From: Phyllosticta citribraziliensis
Lineage: Eukaryota
DNA length: 64,000 nucleotides
Direction of reading: 5' to 3'
Assembly (NCBI RefSeq): GCF_038025025.1
Contig: NW_027117339.1
Location: 2,294,001 to 2,358,000 of the forward strand
A model generated the notes under the pieces. The model saw only the letters and a program-made list of their open reading frames with translations. It had not been told where the DNA came from and made no database searches. Positions 35,510 through 47,519 of the stretch are shown piece after piece (the stretch's first letter is position 1; each line of letters opens with the position of its first letter). The position numbers were made by a program, and so were the translations under genes.

Positions 35510-38500
35510 ACAGTAAGTCACTGTCAATCAAAGGGCAGCTCACGTCCGCTTGTGCCACAGTCTTCAACGACTTGCAGCTCCGCAATACATATCAATCATT
35601 GCACGTCGTATTGTCCCAAAAGCGCCGAAACATGTGCCATGGTCATTTAAAGAATATCACAGCGGGCTCTCTGTCCTTCTCACGCCATCAGTACAGATCC
35701 GAATTCGTCTTTGCTGAAATCCCCAAGTTTTCCGGACGACTTCTCCAACCGTGGCCAGAAGTAGCTCATCGATAGAAGTAACAGTCTCTATTCTAACAAG
35801 ACATCAGACGCTTAGGGAAGATGTAATTGAAGCAGGTATCCTGGCCAGCTTTCCTCTTACGCATGGCCTTCAAACTCTTGCACTTTCCGTCCTGTCGGTA
35901 ATCCACAACCTTCCTCGGTTCGACCATATGCTCGGCTGACCACACAGCAACCGAAGAACACAAATACTCAACACGGTTCAGACGACGGCTTCGACAAAGC
36001 CAGGCTAAAGATGAAATTGCAAATTTGCGCCGTTGGAGGTTCCACGAAACTCTGCCCGCAACTGCCCTCAGCCAAGCAAACTGAATTGCGGACAAGCTCA
36101 GTCAAGCTTTTTCCAACGGCTCAACGGCCATGTCTATCTGCAAACTCAGCATAAAGCCATGGCCAGATCTCGATCCCGGAAAGATCGGGATTTGTGGTCC
36201 ACTCACAAGACTTGAGTCAAAATCGCATGGAGATTGCCATCACGACCACCATTCGCTCCTCTTGCTCGAATTCCTTCGCAATTTCGTCACCACGACCAAC
36301 CAGCACTGCGCCTGGCACCCCCCTCGACTCTCCCGAGAACGAGGCACTGACGCAACCTCCCCTGCATCCATGCATGCAAGCCGACAGGGGCTAGGTATAT
36401 GTCTCGTAGCAGGCAGGCTGGGCTGCACGCGCGTCGTCGTCGTCCCCCAACCTAATCTTCGACCACGCACCCCTTGGCTGAAATTACCACAGGGCTGCCA
36501 AGCTGCCCATCTACCCGCCTACATGCCTATTGCCCCCCCTGATGCACACGGTCTTAGCTACCTGCAGGTAGTTAGTTCGACCTCGCCAAACGCGGCTCTT
36601 CCTTGCCGGCATTTTGGTTGCCGTTCCCTGTAGTATTGCGCAAGCGAAACTGCCGGTTGCGATGCTGCTGCAGCGCTTGCAATGCCGCACCATGGGGTGT
36701 CAGGAGGTCGTCCTTGACCGCGCAATTACAGTCGCAGGTCGGTCATCTCTCATCGACCCTTGACAGTCACAGGAATTGAGAGCACTGCCGACCCCTCGAC
36801 GAATTGCTCTTCTCCAAGGGAAATTGCCTGGCCCATCGATGTTGGTTGGCGCTGTGCTACGTTATCAGAGTCTCTCACGAAGATCCGCCCTGTGTGCCCC
36901 ATGTCTACCCCTAAACACCCCACGTTTCGGACCGCCGGGTTCCTTGCTTTCTGCTAGCTGCACCATCTTAGGGTAACTGGACTTTGCATGAATTCAATGT
37001 ACAGTATGTGCAATGATCCATTCTCGGCTCACACAAGGCGGCGTTCCACCTGGGGTCCTGCGGCGGTGCTCGCCCCGCCCGCCGCCACTTGTATCATACC
37101 CGTTTGTGTCCGTCGGCCACCTGCCTCGATGCACCGTACTGTACGTATTCCTGGAGCTGCGCAACGCAAATGGTCGAGGCTGCAGCGCAAAGTACCCACA
37201 TAGAAAACCGCTCGTGGGTCATTGCCACCAACACCCACGACGCACAACAACCAACCAACCGACCGACCTACCCATCTGCCCATCTGCCCACATGTACCTT
37301 GCTCCCTCCCTACCAACAACTCCGCTCATCCCTACCTATTTACTGTACTACCATATCCTTTCGGGAGCCGGCGAGCCCGACCGCGGCATCCCCGTCCGCC
37401 CGCCTCTCCTCCATCCCAGGTTTCGCTTCGCCTCGGGCGGCATAGCCAGGACCTCCCTTCTTCTTCTCCAGATCAAAATGGCATGATTGGGAACCATGGG
37501 ATTCTGTTCATTACAGGACAGGGCGCGGGAGATGCCGTCGGTGGGTGGTGTGCTGCGGAAAAAGGGGTAGCCAGGTGCAGCCAGGGTGTGTGGACGAGGG
37601 TTTTATGGATGGAAGTGCTGGAAGAGCTAGTTGGAAGAGTGTGTTTTGCACGCTTGGAGGAGTTGTCCGGGTGCGTGAAGCAGAGAGGGGGGGAGTCAGT
37701 GAGCTTGAGGCCTCTAGAGATACTGCTGGTTTTGTGCACTTTGCTCTTGCCTTGTCCGGCTGGCGCGCTGTACGCCGTCGTCTCGTCCCTCCTACAACAT
37801 ATTTCGCCTGCATGTCTCCACTCCTATCGAAAGCGTATCTCACCTAGCCTCGCAGCAACATCAACTCAAAAGAAGTCGATCCGGTAGCCCTATCGCCCCC
37901 CGCCCTGTCTGTATCTGAGCAAACGAGTACGGCACAGATACGACGCCGGCCGGCCGGCAGAATACGACGCAGGTACGAATGCTTATCAGCAGCAGCGACA
38001 CTCAAACCGCGGAGCGAGGGTGGATACGAAAAAGAACGACGCGAGATTGGATGGCGGGCGGTGCCGCAACAGGGCTGCATAGCAAGGTAGATAGACTAAA
38101 TAATCAATCTGTAATATCGCATTCCGAACGACTACTCGTTGCTTCATCGACCCAGCGAGGGAGTGAGTGAGTGGGCAGACGAACGGTAGTTGGAATAGTT
38201 GACTCGAGTCTAGGTGGTCGAGACTGGCGCGAGGGGAAGCAAGTTCCAGCCGGGCTGCAACGAGATGGCTACCGGTGCAGCGTGCGTGAGGCGCAAGAAA
38301 CGCGAAGCGAGCGAGGCAGACAGCAGTCGGTCACTGGATCCGCCTGTCCGCCTGAACAATGTCGAGACAAAGATGACAGATGCCACATCCCGCCAAATGC
38401 CTCGCGTAACGATTTCTCAAATCGAAATCAAAATCAAATCAGAGCAAAGCGAAACAACGGGAGCGTCGCCAAAAGGAAACCGAGGCTAGCTGGAACAGGC

Positions 38501-39230
38501 AAGCTCACTCGGAGTAGTTTGTCTTTGGCCATGAACAGGGGCCGAGAGGGAGAGGCGAAGTTGCAGTCTGATTGTACATCAAATGATGCCACAGCTACGA
38601 AGGCTACAACTGCTGGCCGTTGCGCTCGAGATGACACTTCGTACACGTGTAATGAAAGGGTATAGACGATCTTCAGGGGGGGAACAGGAGAAAAGTGTCG
38701 AGGTGGAATACAGCTACCTGAACGGGCTGGCTGACTGGCTGGCTGGCTAGATTCTCGACAAACACAAGGAAAGACATGGACCTTTTGCAACCTGTTATGA
38801 GAAAAAACACTCGCTCCCTAAAAGCAAACTAAAGCCACCCTGATCCGGACGAAAACCCGTGCAAAAAATGCATCAAACAAGAAAGGAAAAAACGATTAAG
38901 ACTACGAATACAAAAAAGGGCATGTTCCATGTTTCCCATGTGCTCCTTGGTGTGCAAATGGTGGTGTCGTAAAATGATATGCCTCTTTGCTAAGAAGATG
39001 ATAATTCCGTGCGTCGTCGACAAAAAGAAAGGGGGAAGGTGATGCAGAGATCCATCTGGGTATAGCCGTATGCTGAGAAGACGAACTGCCAAAACGCATT
39101 AAAAAGAAGATAAACGCACTGCGAAGTCTTGCAAAAAGCCAACGACCATGAGAAGAGTGTGAAAAAGCAAAGGGCGATCCTCCGGCAAGGGTCCCCACGA
39201 GAATTGAAAAATGAAATGTTCAAAGAGCAA

Positions 39231-42200
39231 TCATCCGGGATACTCGTAGCCGCCTTCTTCAGCAACGACTGGAGTGTCTTCTCTGAGTCGTTGCCTGCTG
39301 TTCTTCTTTGGCGCACCACTCAGACCCATGAGAAGCATGCTACTCTCCCTTCTCCTTGTCTTTGCGTCTCTCGCACCGCCGCTCGAGCTCATAGTGTTGT
39401 TCCTCAGGTTGTAGTGGGCAGCATCCGAACCACCATCAGCCGAGACGGCCCCACCGTTCAGAGTCCGCGAATCGTAGTCATGGCTCATCGTCAAGCGTCC
39501 CAAGCCCTGGCCTTGTTGTGCTTGCTTTTGGGGTGGAGAGAAGGACGCATGGGTGGGAGTCATGGCAGCCGTGTCGGAAAAGGTGCGCAGACGGGGAGAG
39601 CGGACAGCATCCGGCATCTTACTGTTGGGCACCGTAATTTCTCTCGTGTGTGGCTGGCTTTCCTCTCTGGGAGCGCCGAAAATCTGATCGTAATCGTTGA
39701 TGAAGAAGGATATCAAAGGCCCAGGAATGTTCAGAGTCGGCGAGAAGACGATTCCAACTGTACCTTGTTAGTTTACCACGTGGAAAAGAAGATGTATTGC
39801 TCACCATTTCGAATGTTCATCTTGTTGACATCAGCATTGTTGATGATGTCAATCAAGAATGAGGAAAGCGCCCTCAGAATGTCGTAGTTGCACGGCGGCA
39901 ATTTGTGCACAAGCGCATTGAAGGTGTCGAGCTTTTGCGATCGCTGATTCAAATCTGTATGCTGTGAGTATTGGTCCAAAAGATGTGGCACCGAATCAAC
40001 TTACCCAGGACTCTGAGGAACTCGACGTGCAGTTCTCTCGTGAGGATCGAAGTAGGAAGATCGCGCAAGTACGATTTAAGTAGCGACGCAACGGCGTGCA
40101 CGTCGTAATATTCACCCTCGAGCAGCTTGATGTCGCCCTCGGTGTTGAAGCGGTCCCTTAGCGCCCGAATCACAAGGTTTGATCCGCTCAGTCGGAAGAT
40201 GCCCTCTTCGCGATGCGCATTCTTAGCCTTGAGGTATTCCAGACAGCGGTACACGACGGCCGGGAGAAGAATGTCAACGCCGGCGGGCTGGGTGTATTGC
40301 ACGGCTTCGGCCAGTGGGATGCCCCAGACAGGGCGGACAGAGGGAGGAGTTTCTCTCTGCGGCATGACGGCGGTGTTGTTGTGGTGGGTTGAGGGTGCAA
40401 GGTCAGTCGAAGCCCTCGCCCGGTAGGTTGCGAAACCAAATATGCTGCGCTTCTTGTCCTTTATAGGCGTTTGCGCCGGCATAGCCTTGTTTCCCCAAAG
40501 TTCGGCGTTTTCGATTTTCATGCCGTTGGTCGGAGCGGAGATCATGCGGTGGTCATGAGGAACGGAATTGAGCGAGGGCGACGGCATTTCGCTGAGTCCT
40601 GGCACTTTCATTGGGGCGTCAGCTGCAACCATGTCCTCGTAGCTGACACCTTGCACTGCGGGCGCCGTGTCGCGTTGTTCCGGTGTTGGCGTGGGACTCT
40701 CGAATCCTCGACTCTCGGCCAGAGAAGTGGGACTTTGTTTGCCTGTTGGTTGCGACACTTCAAACTCTTCTTCGTGCACAAAGTCTTGCGTTTGCTCAGC
40801 TGGACGTGACTGATCAGATTCGTTGGTGGCAGAGGCGGGGGCGGCGGCGGGTTTGGGTGGCTCTGGCGGTCGGGGGTTTGGATCAACGTAGCGCAAGAGC
40901 GCTTCAATCCACGCGTCTCTCTCGTCGTCACTTTCGGCGCACAGAATGTGGGACACTTTCGTAGATGGATCCTTTTTCTTGGGCTCCAGAATTAGGAACG
41001 CGTGCCTCATGTCGTCATCCTGTGGATTGCCCTTGTTTCGCGGGGTCTGTCGACCAATCTGTGCGTACTGGATTTTGATGGAACCAAGGAGTGGTCCACC
41101 GGGGGATTCATAATAGCGGAAATCCGAGCTTTCCAGAACGAAATAACGGGCTTTCCAGCCGCCAAAATTCTTTCCCTTTTTGGTCAAGTATCCCTCCTTG
41201 GTCACTTTTTCTGGGGACTGGGACAAGTGTCGTGGAGACGAAAGCGCGCTAGGCTTGGGCGTATCCTCTTCGGCCCCAAAGGCATCGCTGGAGAAGAATT
41301 CGCAAATGACAAGCGCTGCTCGTTCACCCATCGGAGTGTCCAGGAGTTTGTCGAAATAACCGTTCAATGCAGCCCTGCGAGCGTCCATTTTGGAAGGAGC
41401 GTGACCACTGAAAAGACTGCGGTCGGGAAGTTGGCCGGTGAATTCGCAAAGCTTTTTGACTTGTGAGTCGAGAATCGGTAGTGAGTTTAGTGTCTTTTCG
41501 ACTCTCCAAAGCCGCTTTTCGCTTGATCGCGAGTGGATTGACAAGAGGAAAACAGGGTCTTCGTCAATCAAACCAGCAGCCATGACGCTCAACCGGGAAG
41601 GGCGCAAGCGAGAGCTAAACACCTTGACTTGGATTAGTGGGAGGGCATTAGGCGGCAAAAGGAGGTTAGGGTATTGGTCTGAAACAAGCTCTCGACTGAT
41701 CCCGTCTGGGGCTTGCTGTTCCGACTCGGATCCGCTGCCACTGCCCCTCTTGTCCGACTCTGAATTTGAGATTGAGGACGATGGCGGATTTTGCCGGTCG
41801 TGTTCGTTTGGGCTCGCCGCTTGTTCCTGGTGAGGCTGCAACGGCTGCTCGACGCGCGAATGGTGTGGTGACGCGACCGACTGCGGCGGCAGCACCGCAG
41901 GTAGAGCATCACGAGGTGGGCGTGGTGACAAAGGCAAACCGCCTGCACCACGCGGCGACAATGCAGGCGAAGAGAGGTAGTCCGACTTTGGTTGGCGTGG
42001 GAAGGGTGCTCCTGGCGGACGGTCGCCTGGACGTGGACTGACAGGCAAACCCGGACTCATGAGAGGAGGTGAAACGACGCGCTGGGTTGCGGAGCCATCA
42101 GAGTGGGCTGGGCTCAGCAAAGCGTTGATGGAACCAGGAGCTTGGGCGAGGCGCGGGGAGCTGGGAAGTCCCGTCCCGCTAGAAGCCAAGGCCTTTGGAG

Positions 42201-44175
42201 ATGGAATTCCATCGGCGCGCTGGTGGTCTTTGCTCTGACTTTGACTCTTGCTCTTACTTTTGCTCTTGTTTGACTGGCTGCGAGCCTCTGCCTCCTTTTT
42301 TGCCAAATACTCCCTTTGCAAGTCATCATCCTCGCGCGTCTTCTTTCGCCCGCGAGAAAAGACGCCCATGTCCTCAACGTCCAAGTTCAAAACTTCCTCG
42401 TAGTCGGAATCGGATTCTTCGTCTTCACTCCGAGGGTTGCTGGGACGCTGGGTCTGGAAGAGGTTGAGCGGAGCAGGTGGTGCTTTTCGGTGCGAGCGCT
42501 CCTCGGTGGGGCTTGAGAATTCCGTCGAACTGACTGATGGAGTGGCGGACGTGAAAGAAAGAGCAGGGGCCTTGTTGGGCGTTTGCAGCGAAGCATCCGA
42601 CACTGTTGTCTTGGGAGAAACCGCATCGTCCGCCTGGCTTCGAGAACTTGCAGCTTCGTCTCTGAGCTGAAGATGTCGGAGCTTGGGGAGGGCCTGAGGG
42701 GCCGCAGGTCCAGGCGCCCCGTTCCGTTTCTCTGGAACCGAGACATTTTCACCGGCTTTGGAATTCGATGGCGACGGTCCACGGTTGACTTGGTCAGGTT
42801 GGGGCTTGGTCGGTGCCGATTCAGCAGGCTGGCCGGATGTCCACTGAGACGGAATCGATTGCGAACGGCCGACTTGAGACTGCTGTATTGTCGGCGTCTG
42901 CTCCTCTGAGAGATTGCGGCCAAGAGCCCGGACACTGGTCGGGACCATGTCATTTCCACTGCTCTTTCGACTGCTCGTCGCAGTGTCTTGAAGTTCACTC
43001 AGCGCTGGCGACGAGCTCGTCTCCCGGTTTAGAGCCTCGTCGATCTTGGAAACGTTGGCCGGCAACGGAGTCGCCTGAGAAAGGTTCTCCTTGAGCTTTC
43101 TGCGATAACGCTCCCTATCCTTGAGCGCTCTCTCCAGATCCTTGTTCAAGCCGACCACCATGTCCTTTTGCTTCGTCACGATGCGCCAAAGTTGTTGGTT
43201 GTGGTTTTCCAGGCTTTGCTTCTCCTTCCACATGGTGTATAGTGCTGCTTCGGCAGAGCCTGCAGACTGTATCAGGCCCGCAAAGTCTGGTGGCTGAGCA
43301 GCGGCGGGGTCTTGGGCCTTGTACGCGTGCGGTCCCACGGGGGCCCTGGGGTTTGCCTGTGAGGCTGTGGAGGATATGGACGAGACGGCCGAGTCGATGG
43401 ACGTGTTGCGCGGCATGGCGGCTCGAAAGTCGGGCAGATTTGCTGGCGGCTTCGCGGCGGCGGGCATCATGGTGGTAGGGGTCGCCGGAGGCGACAGACG
43501 GGATGCGTGGAGGGCGCCAGGGAGAAAGCGAAGCTGCGCATAAGAGTATGGCCTGGATGAGTAGAGGGCAGCAGGGCCCTTGTCGGGAAGCGACGACTGC
43601 AGGCGAGGAGCGGTGGAAGCAAGTTGGTGGGCCTCGATATTTGGCGAGTCGTCGCGGGGGAAATGCCCAGGACCAGCGGCTAGCAGGCCATCCAACACGT
43701 TGTGCGGCGAGCGTGGAGAGGTTGGATTGGCCAGGTCCGGGAATGAATCAGCGTTGCGCTCGGGGCGCGATCGCTGGAGCTCGGGGCCTTCGTCGACGGT
43801 GTTGTTGTCGTCGTGGTCGTCTTGGTCGACGTCGACGGGTTGGCCGCTGGCAAAGGCGCCCGAGAAGGAGAATTGGCGGGGAGAGAAGGAGCGATGTAGA
43901 GGACTGGTGGGAGTTGGCCTGGGCCGAGAGTGGCCGGGGTCTGCCTGCTGCCGTTGCGGATGGGGATGGGGCCTGTGGGAGAATCGGGGTTGATTGGCAG
44001 AAAAGTCGCGGTCGGTAGGCGAGGGTTCCGGAGAGTCGCGCAGAGGGTGCAAGCCTGAAGAAGGAGAGGAGTGGTAGGACGGCGGTGGAAAGGTGGCGGT
44101 TATGGGGGTGTTGAGCGGAAGAGGGCATCGTGCGGCATAATGGCCAGGATGAGGGTCATGGCGAGCCTGCACCAT
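39231..44175 (-). CDS. BEM3: Rho/Cdc42 GTPase-activating protein with PX, PH and RhoGAP domains (introns 39955-40004, 39758-39804)
   Basis: Coiled coil HNQQLWRIVTKQKDMVVGLNKDLERAL, PX-like LPDRSLFSGHAP, PH KEGYLTKKGKNFGGWKARYFVL and RhoGAP EEGIFRLSG...DVHAVASLLKSYLRDLP...NKMNIRN. Confidence 0.92.
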
Positions 44176-44935
44176 GTCGGACTCTCACGGGGTGCTGAGG
44201 TGGTGGCTAGACTCGCAGGGTGTAGGGCCGGATCAGGAATGTGGTGCGGCTTTGGCGGGAAAGGATGTGAGGTTGCAGGATGGTTGGCGGTTAGAATGAT
44301 CAGCACGACTTGATACGGCCGGGGCCGCTAGAGGGTAGGTGGAACGCTGCTGATTCCCGGATGCCAACAGGAGGGACGGGACGAGCAGGAGGTGAAGGGG
44401 GGGAAAAGAAAAGAAAAGGGAACGTGAGGGAAAAGGAGAGGAGAGGAGAGCATGGCATGGCAGAGGGGAGGGGAGGGGAGAGGAGAGGAGAGGAGAGGGA
44501 GCAAATGATGCGGCTTGGGAAGCTGGTGGGCTAGAGGGCGCCACGAATTGGGGTCGTGGTGAGAGGAGCGGCCTATGGCATGGCCGTGGGAGCTGGCGGC
44601 GGCCCTGGCCCAATGCACGCGACGGCTACGGGACGTCTGGGCAGGGACGGGCTATCACCATCTAACGGCCTCAGAGCCAATCTACGCTTTCGGGCCGCCC
44701 TCTACCGCAGGTACGACGACCTCACCGCGCTTCGCTCGCCAACCGTCAAAAACGTCGCGCCAGGATCCCCGTCACCTCGACTTCACCTCGACTTCACCTC
44801 GTCCTCACCGCTACATTTCTCTGCTCCGCCTGACCTGATGGCCTTTTCCCTCTCGTACTTACACTTTGCCCACCGTCGTCATCTCACTGGCCGCAGCAGC
44901 CCCTCTGACCACGCCCGGCGCCAAACCCTAAATCA

Positions 44936-44997
44936 CTGCTTTTCTTTTCTTTTTCTTTTTTTTTTCTTTTTCTTTTTCCTTTTCTTCTTCTTCTCCC
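44936..44997 (+). repeat. Polypyrimidine (T-rich) low-complexity tract
   Basis: About 60 nt of almost only T/C in the long region upstream of BEM3. Confidence 0.8.
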
Positions 44998-47519
44998 TGC
45001 CATGTCCATGTCTGATTGCTCCACCCGCAATCTTCACGGTCCGCTCCACCACAACCGGAACCCTCTGATCGCCGAGAGCACGAGTGGCTGCCGTGCTGAT
45101 CCACACCCCACCTTCTGCACCCTCTCTTTGTGCCCTCCTCTGCTCTCCTCTCCACGACACGATGCACCCTGACCTGACTCAGTCATCATATGTATCCCTA
45201 CGCAAACCTGACATCCATCCTCCTGTCCCTCTCTCAGGTCACCAAAATAGACGCCGTCTTACCACTGCACCTCAGCTCGCCATGGCGACCACGCGCCACC
45301 GCAGCCACAGCTCACTCACTCCTCACTTCCCGTCCCTCCCTCTGCTGCACCCTCTGCTGCAAACTACTGCGAGGTACTACATGTGCACCCTGCATCAAGA
45401 TCGACGTCTCCACATCTCGCTCCCTTCACTCCACCCAGTAGTCAAGCCCGCCACATACTGGCCAGCCCGATTCTGCCCGTCTCTCCTTCGTTATCCCCGC
45501 GGTGATTTGTTGCACCCATTTCATTATCCGCACCACCCGCCGTCTATGTTTCTACTGTCTACTCTCTGCATGCATACTGCCTAGGTACCGCCGTGCAGAT
45601 ATCAAAGGCCGACGGACGGCACACACAACAGCCTGCCTCACATCATCTCCCTCAACATCATCATCGTCGATATACCGAATCAAACACGTTGAATAATAAG
45701 CCACTCCAGCTCCCGCCTGCAAATCACCATCAGCTCGTCAGTGGACGGGTCGGCATACGTTTCTTGCTCCTGCTCGCTCGCTTCCCACCGACCAGGCGTG
45801 CGCGTGCGCGTCCTCCTCCTTGATCAGTCCACCCGCTCGCTCGCTCGCTCGCTCGGCAATTCAGAGACATGGGCAGGGGGAAGTGTTTACAGTGGATCCC
45901 CAGACGGCCGACGACGCATGAATGATGTACAAAAAGTCTTCCCGCCGGGCCTCGCTAGGCATTTGCCGGCCGGCCGGTCAGCAGTTCGGTTGCAATGTAT
46001 GGCGGTGCTTGCGCTCTCTTGTTCTTTTGTTGTTGCTCGTGCGATTAGTTGGCTTTTTTTGCTCTCGATCTTGCTCCGTTCTTCTTCTCTCTTTCTCTCA
46101 CAGACACACGCGAACTATCGCACGACATGTCCTGAGACTAGGCGGAGAGACGGTCTTTTCGGGACAGCATGCTCCGCATGTCCGTCCGTCCGTCCGTCCA
46201 TCTGTCGTCCCAGTGAAGCGGAGAGAGCGAATACGCCCGCGCGCTTGGCTGCTTGCTTGGTTGCTTGATTGCTTTGCTCGCTCGCCCTCTCACACGCGAG
46301 CTGTGTGCCTGAGGCTCTAGTCAAACCGGCTGATTGTCAACGGGCCTCGCCAACTCCCGTCGGGAACCCGGCCAAGCGCCTGCCTACACACCTGCCTACA
46401 GTAGTCAGAGGCGGATAAATGTGTATACCACGTACATGCACATACACATACATCTCGGCAGGCATCCGTGAGTGGTGCGTGGTGCCTAGCAGGATACCTT
46501 TCTCAGAGCAGCACCACGCGTATCAGGCTCTCCCCTCTCACAATGCCTACCTCGGACCAATCTTCCATGCCATAATGCCATGTCCGGCGATGCCGCGCCC
46601 ACCATGGCATTCGCTCCGCACCACCGGAATCCCGGATCGGACACGAAGAAACCCAAGACGAAGCAGAGGCTCTGTCTACCTGACCAGGACCACGCAAGCG
46701 CTCTCGTGTTTGCACGGCCATCATGGTCAGTCAGGGGGGGCAAGACAGGAAGAGAAAAAGGTTAAATAAACTCCGTGTGTACCTACCCACATACCCTAGC
46801 ACAAGCACCGTGGCGACGACGACGGGCCTTGCAGATACACGCACCCACACACATGCCTACCCACCCATCATTTTACCTTGCCTAGACAGTCGATCGCAGG
46901 GGAGGCCACTGTATGGCATGCCAGGCACACGCATGTCGCTGCTGACTGGCATCTTTCTCCTCCCAATAGAATCGACTGCACTTATCAGCGGCGTGACGTA
47001 GCCCACGAGGCCGCAGCACTTGGCGCTCGCGAGCAAAGCCTACAATGTGAGACTTTCGCTGCTTGAAGATATCCGGCCACATGGGCTCTAGTAGGTGGAC
47101 GGACGGATGCATGGAGATTGGCAAAACCGACTTGTCTTCCATGCCCGACGTTTTCTGTCTGCGTTGATTTATAGACGCAGCCTACTTGAATTTAATGGGT
47201 ACAGCTGTGGGTGTGAACTGAGTGGATGAGAAGAGCGGCTTTGGATTGACTGGAGGTGGAAGACCCTGGCCAGGGGAGCAGGGTGACACTCTCTCCACAT
47301 TGCCCGACTTTGCCATCAAACACCATGTCAAAGCCAAGGAAAGCAAAGTAGGTCAACCCACCGGTCTAGGAATAACAGAGAGGATCCAGGTATCAACGTC
47401 TCCAATCAACGATGCTAGGTACGAGACCGAATCATCACCAACCCTCGGCATGGCCCCTCTCTCGAGACACGTCTCGACCCCCTGACAACCTTCCACAAAA
47501 CCCATGCCATGCGGCCACT

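Noticed and set aside
44200..47500. ORFs of 100-175 aa upstream of BEM3
   Set aside because: Low-complexity, microsatellite-derived translations with no domain evidence.
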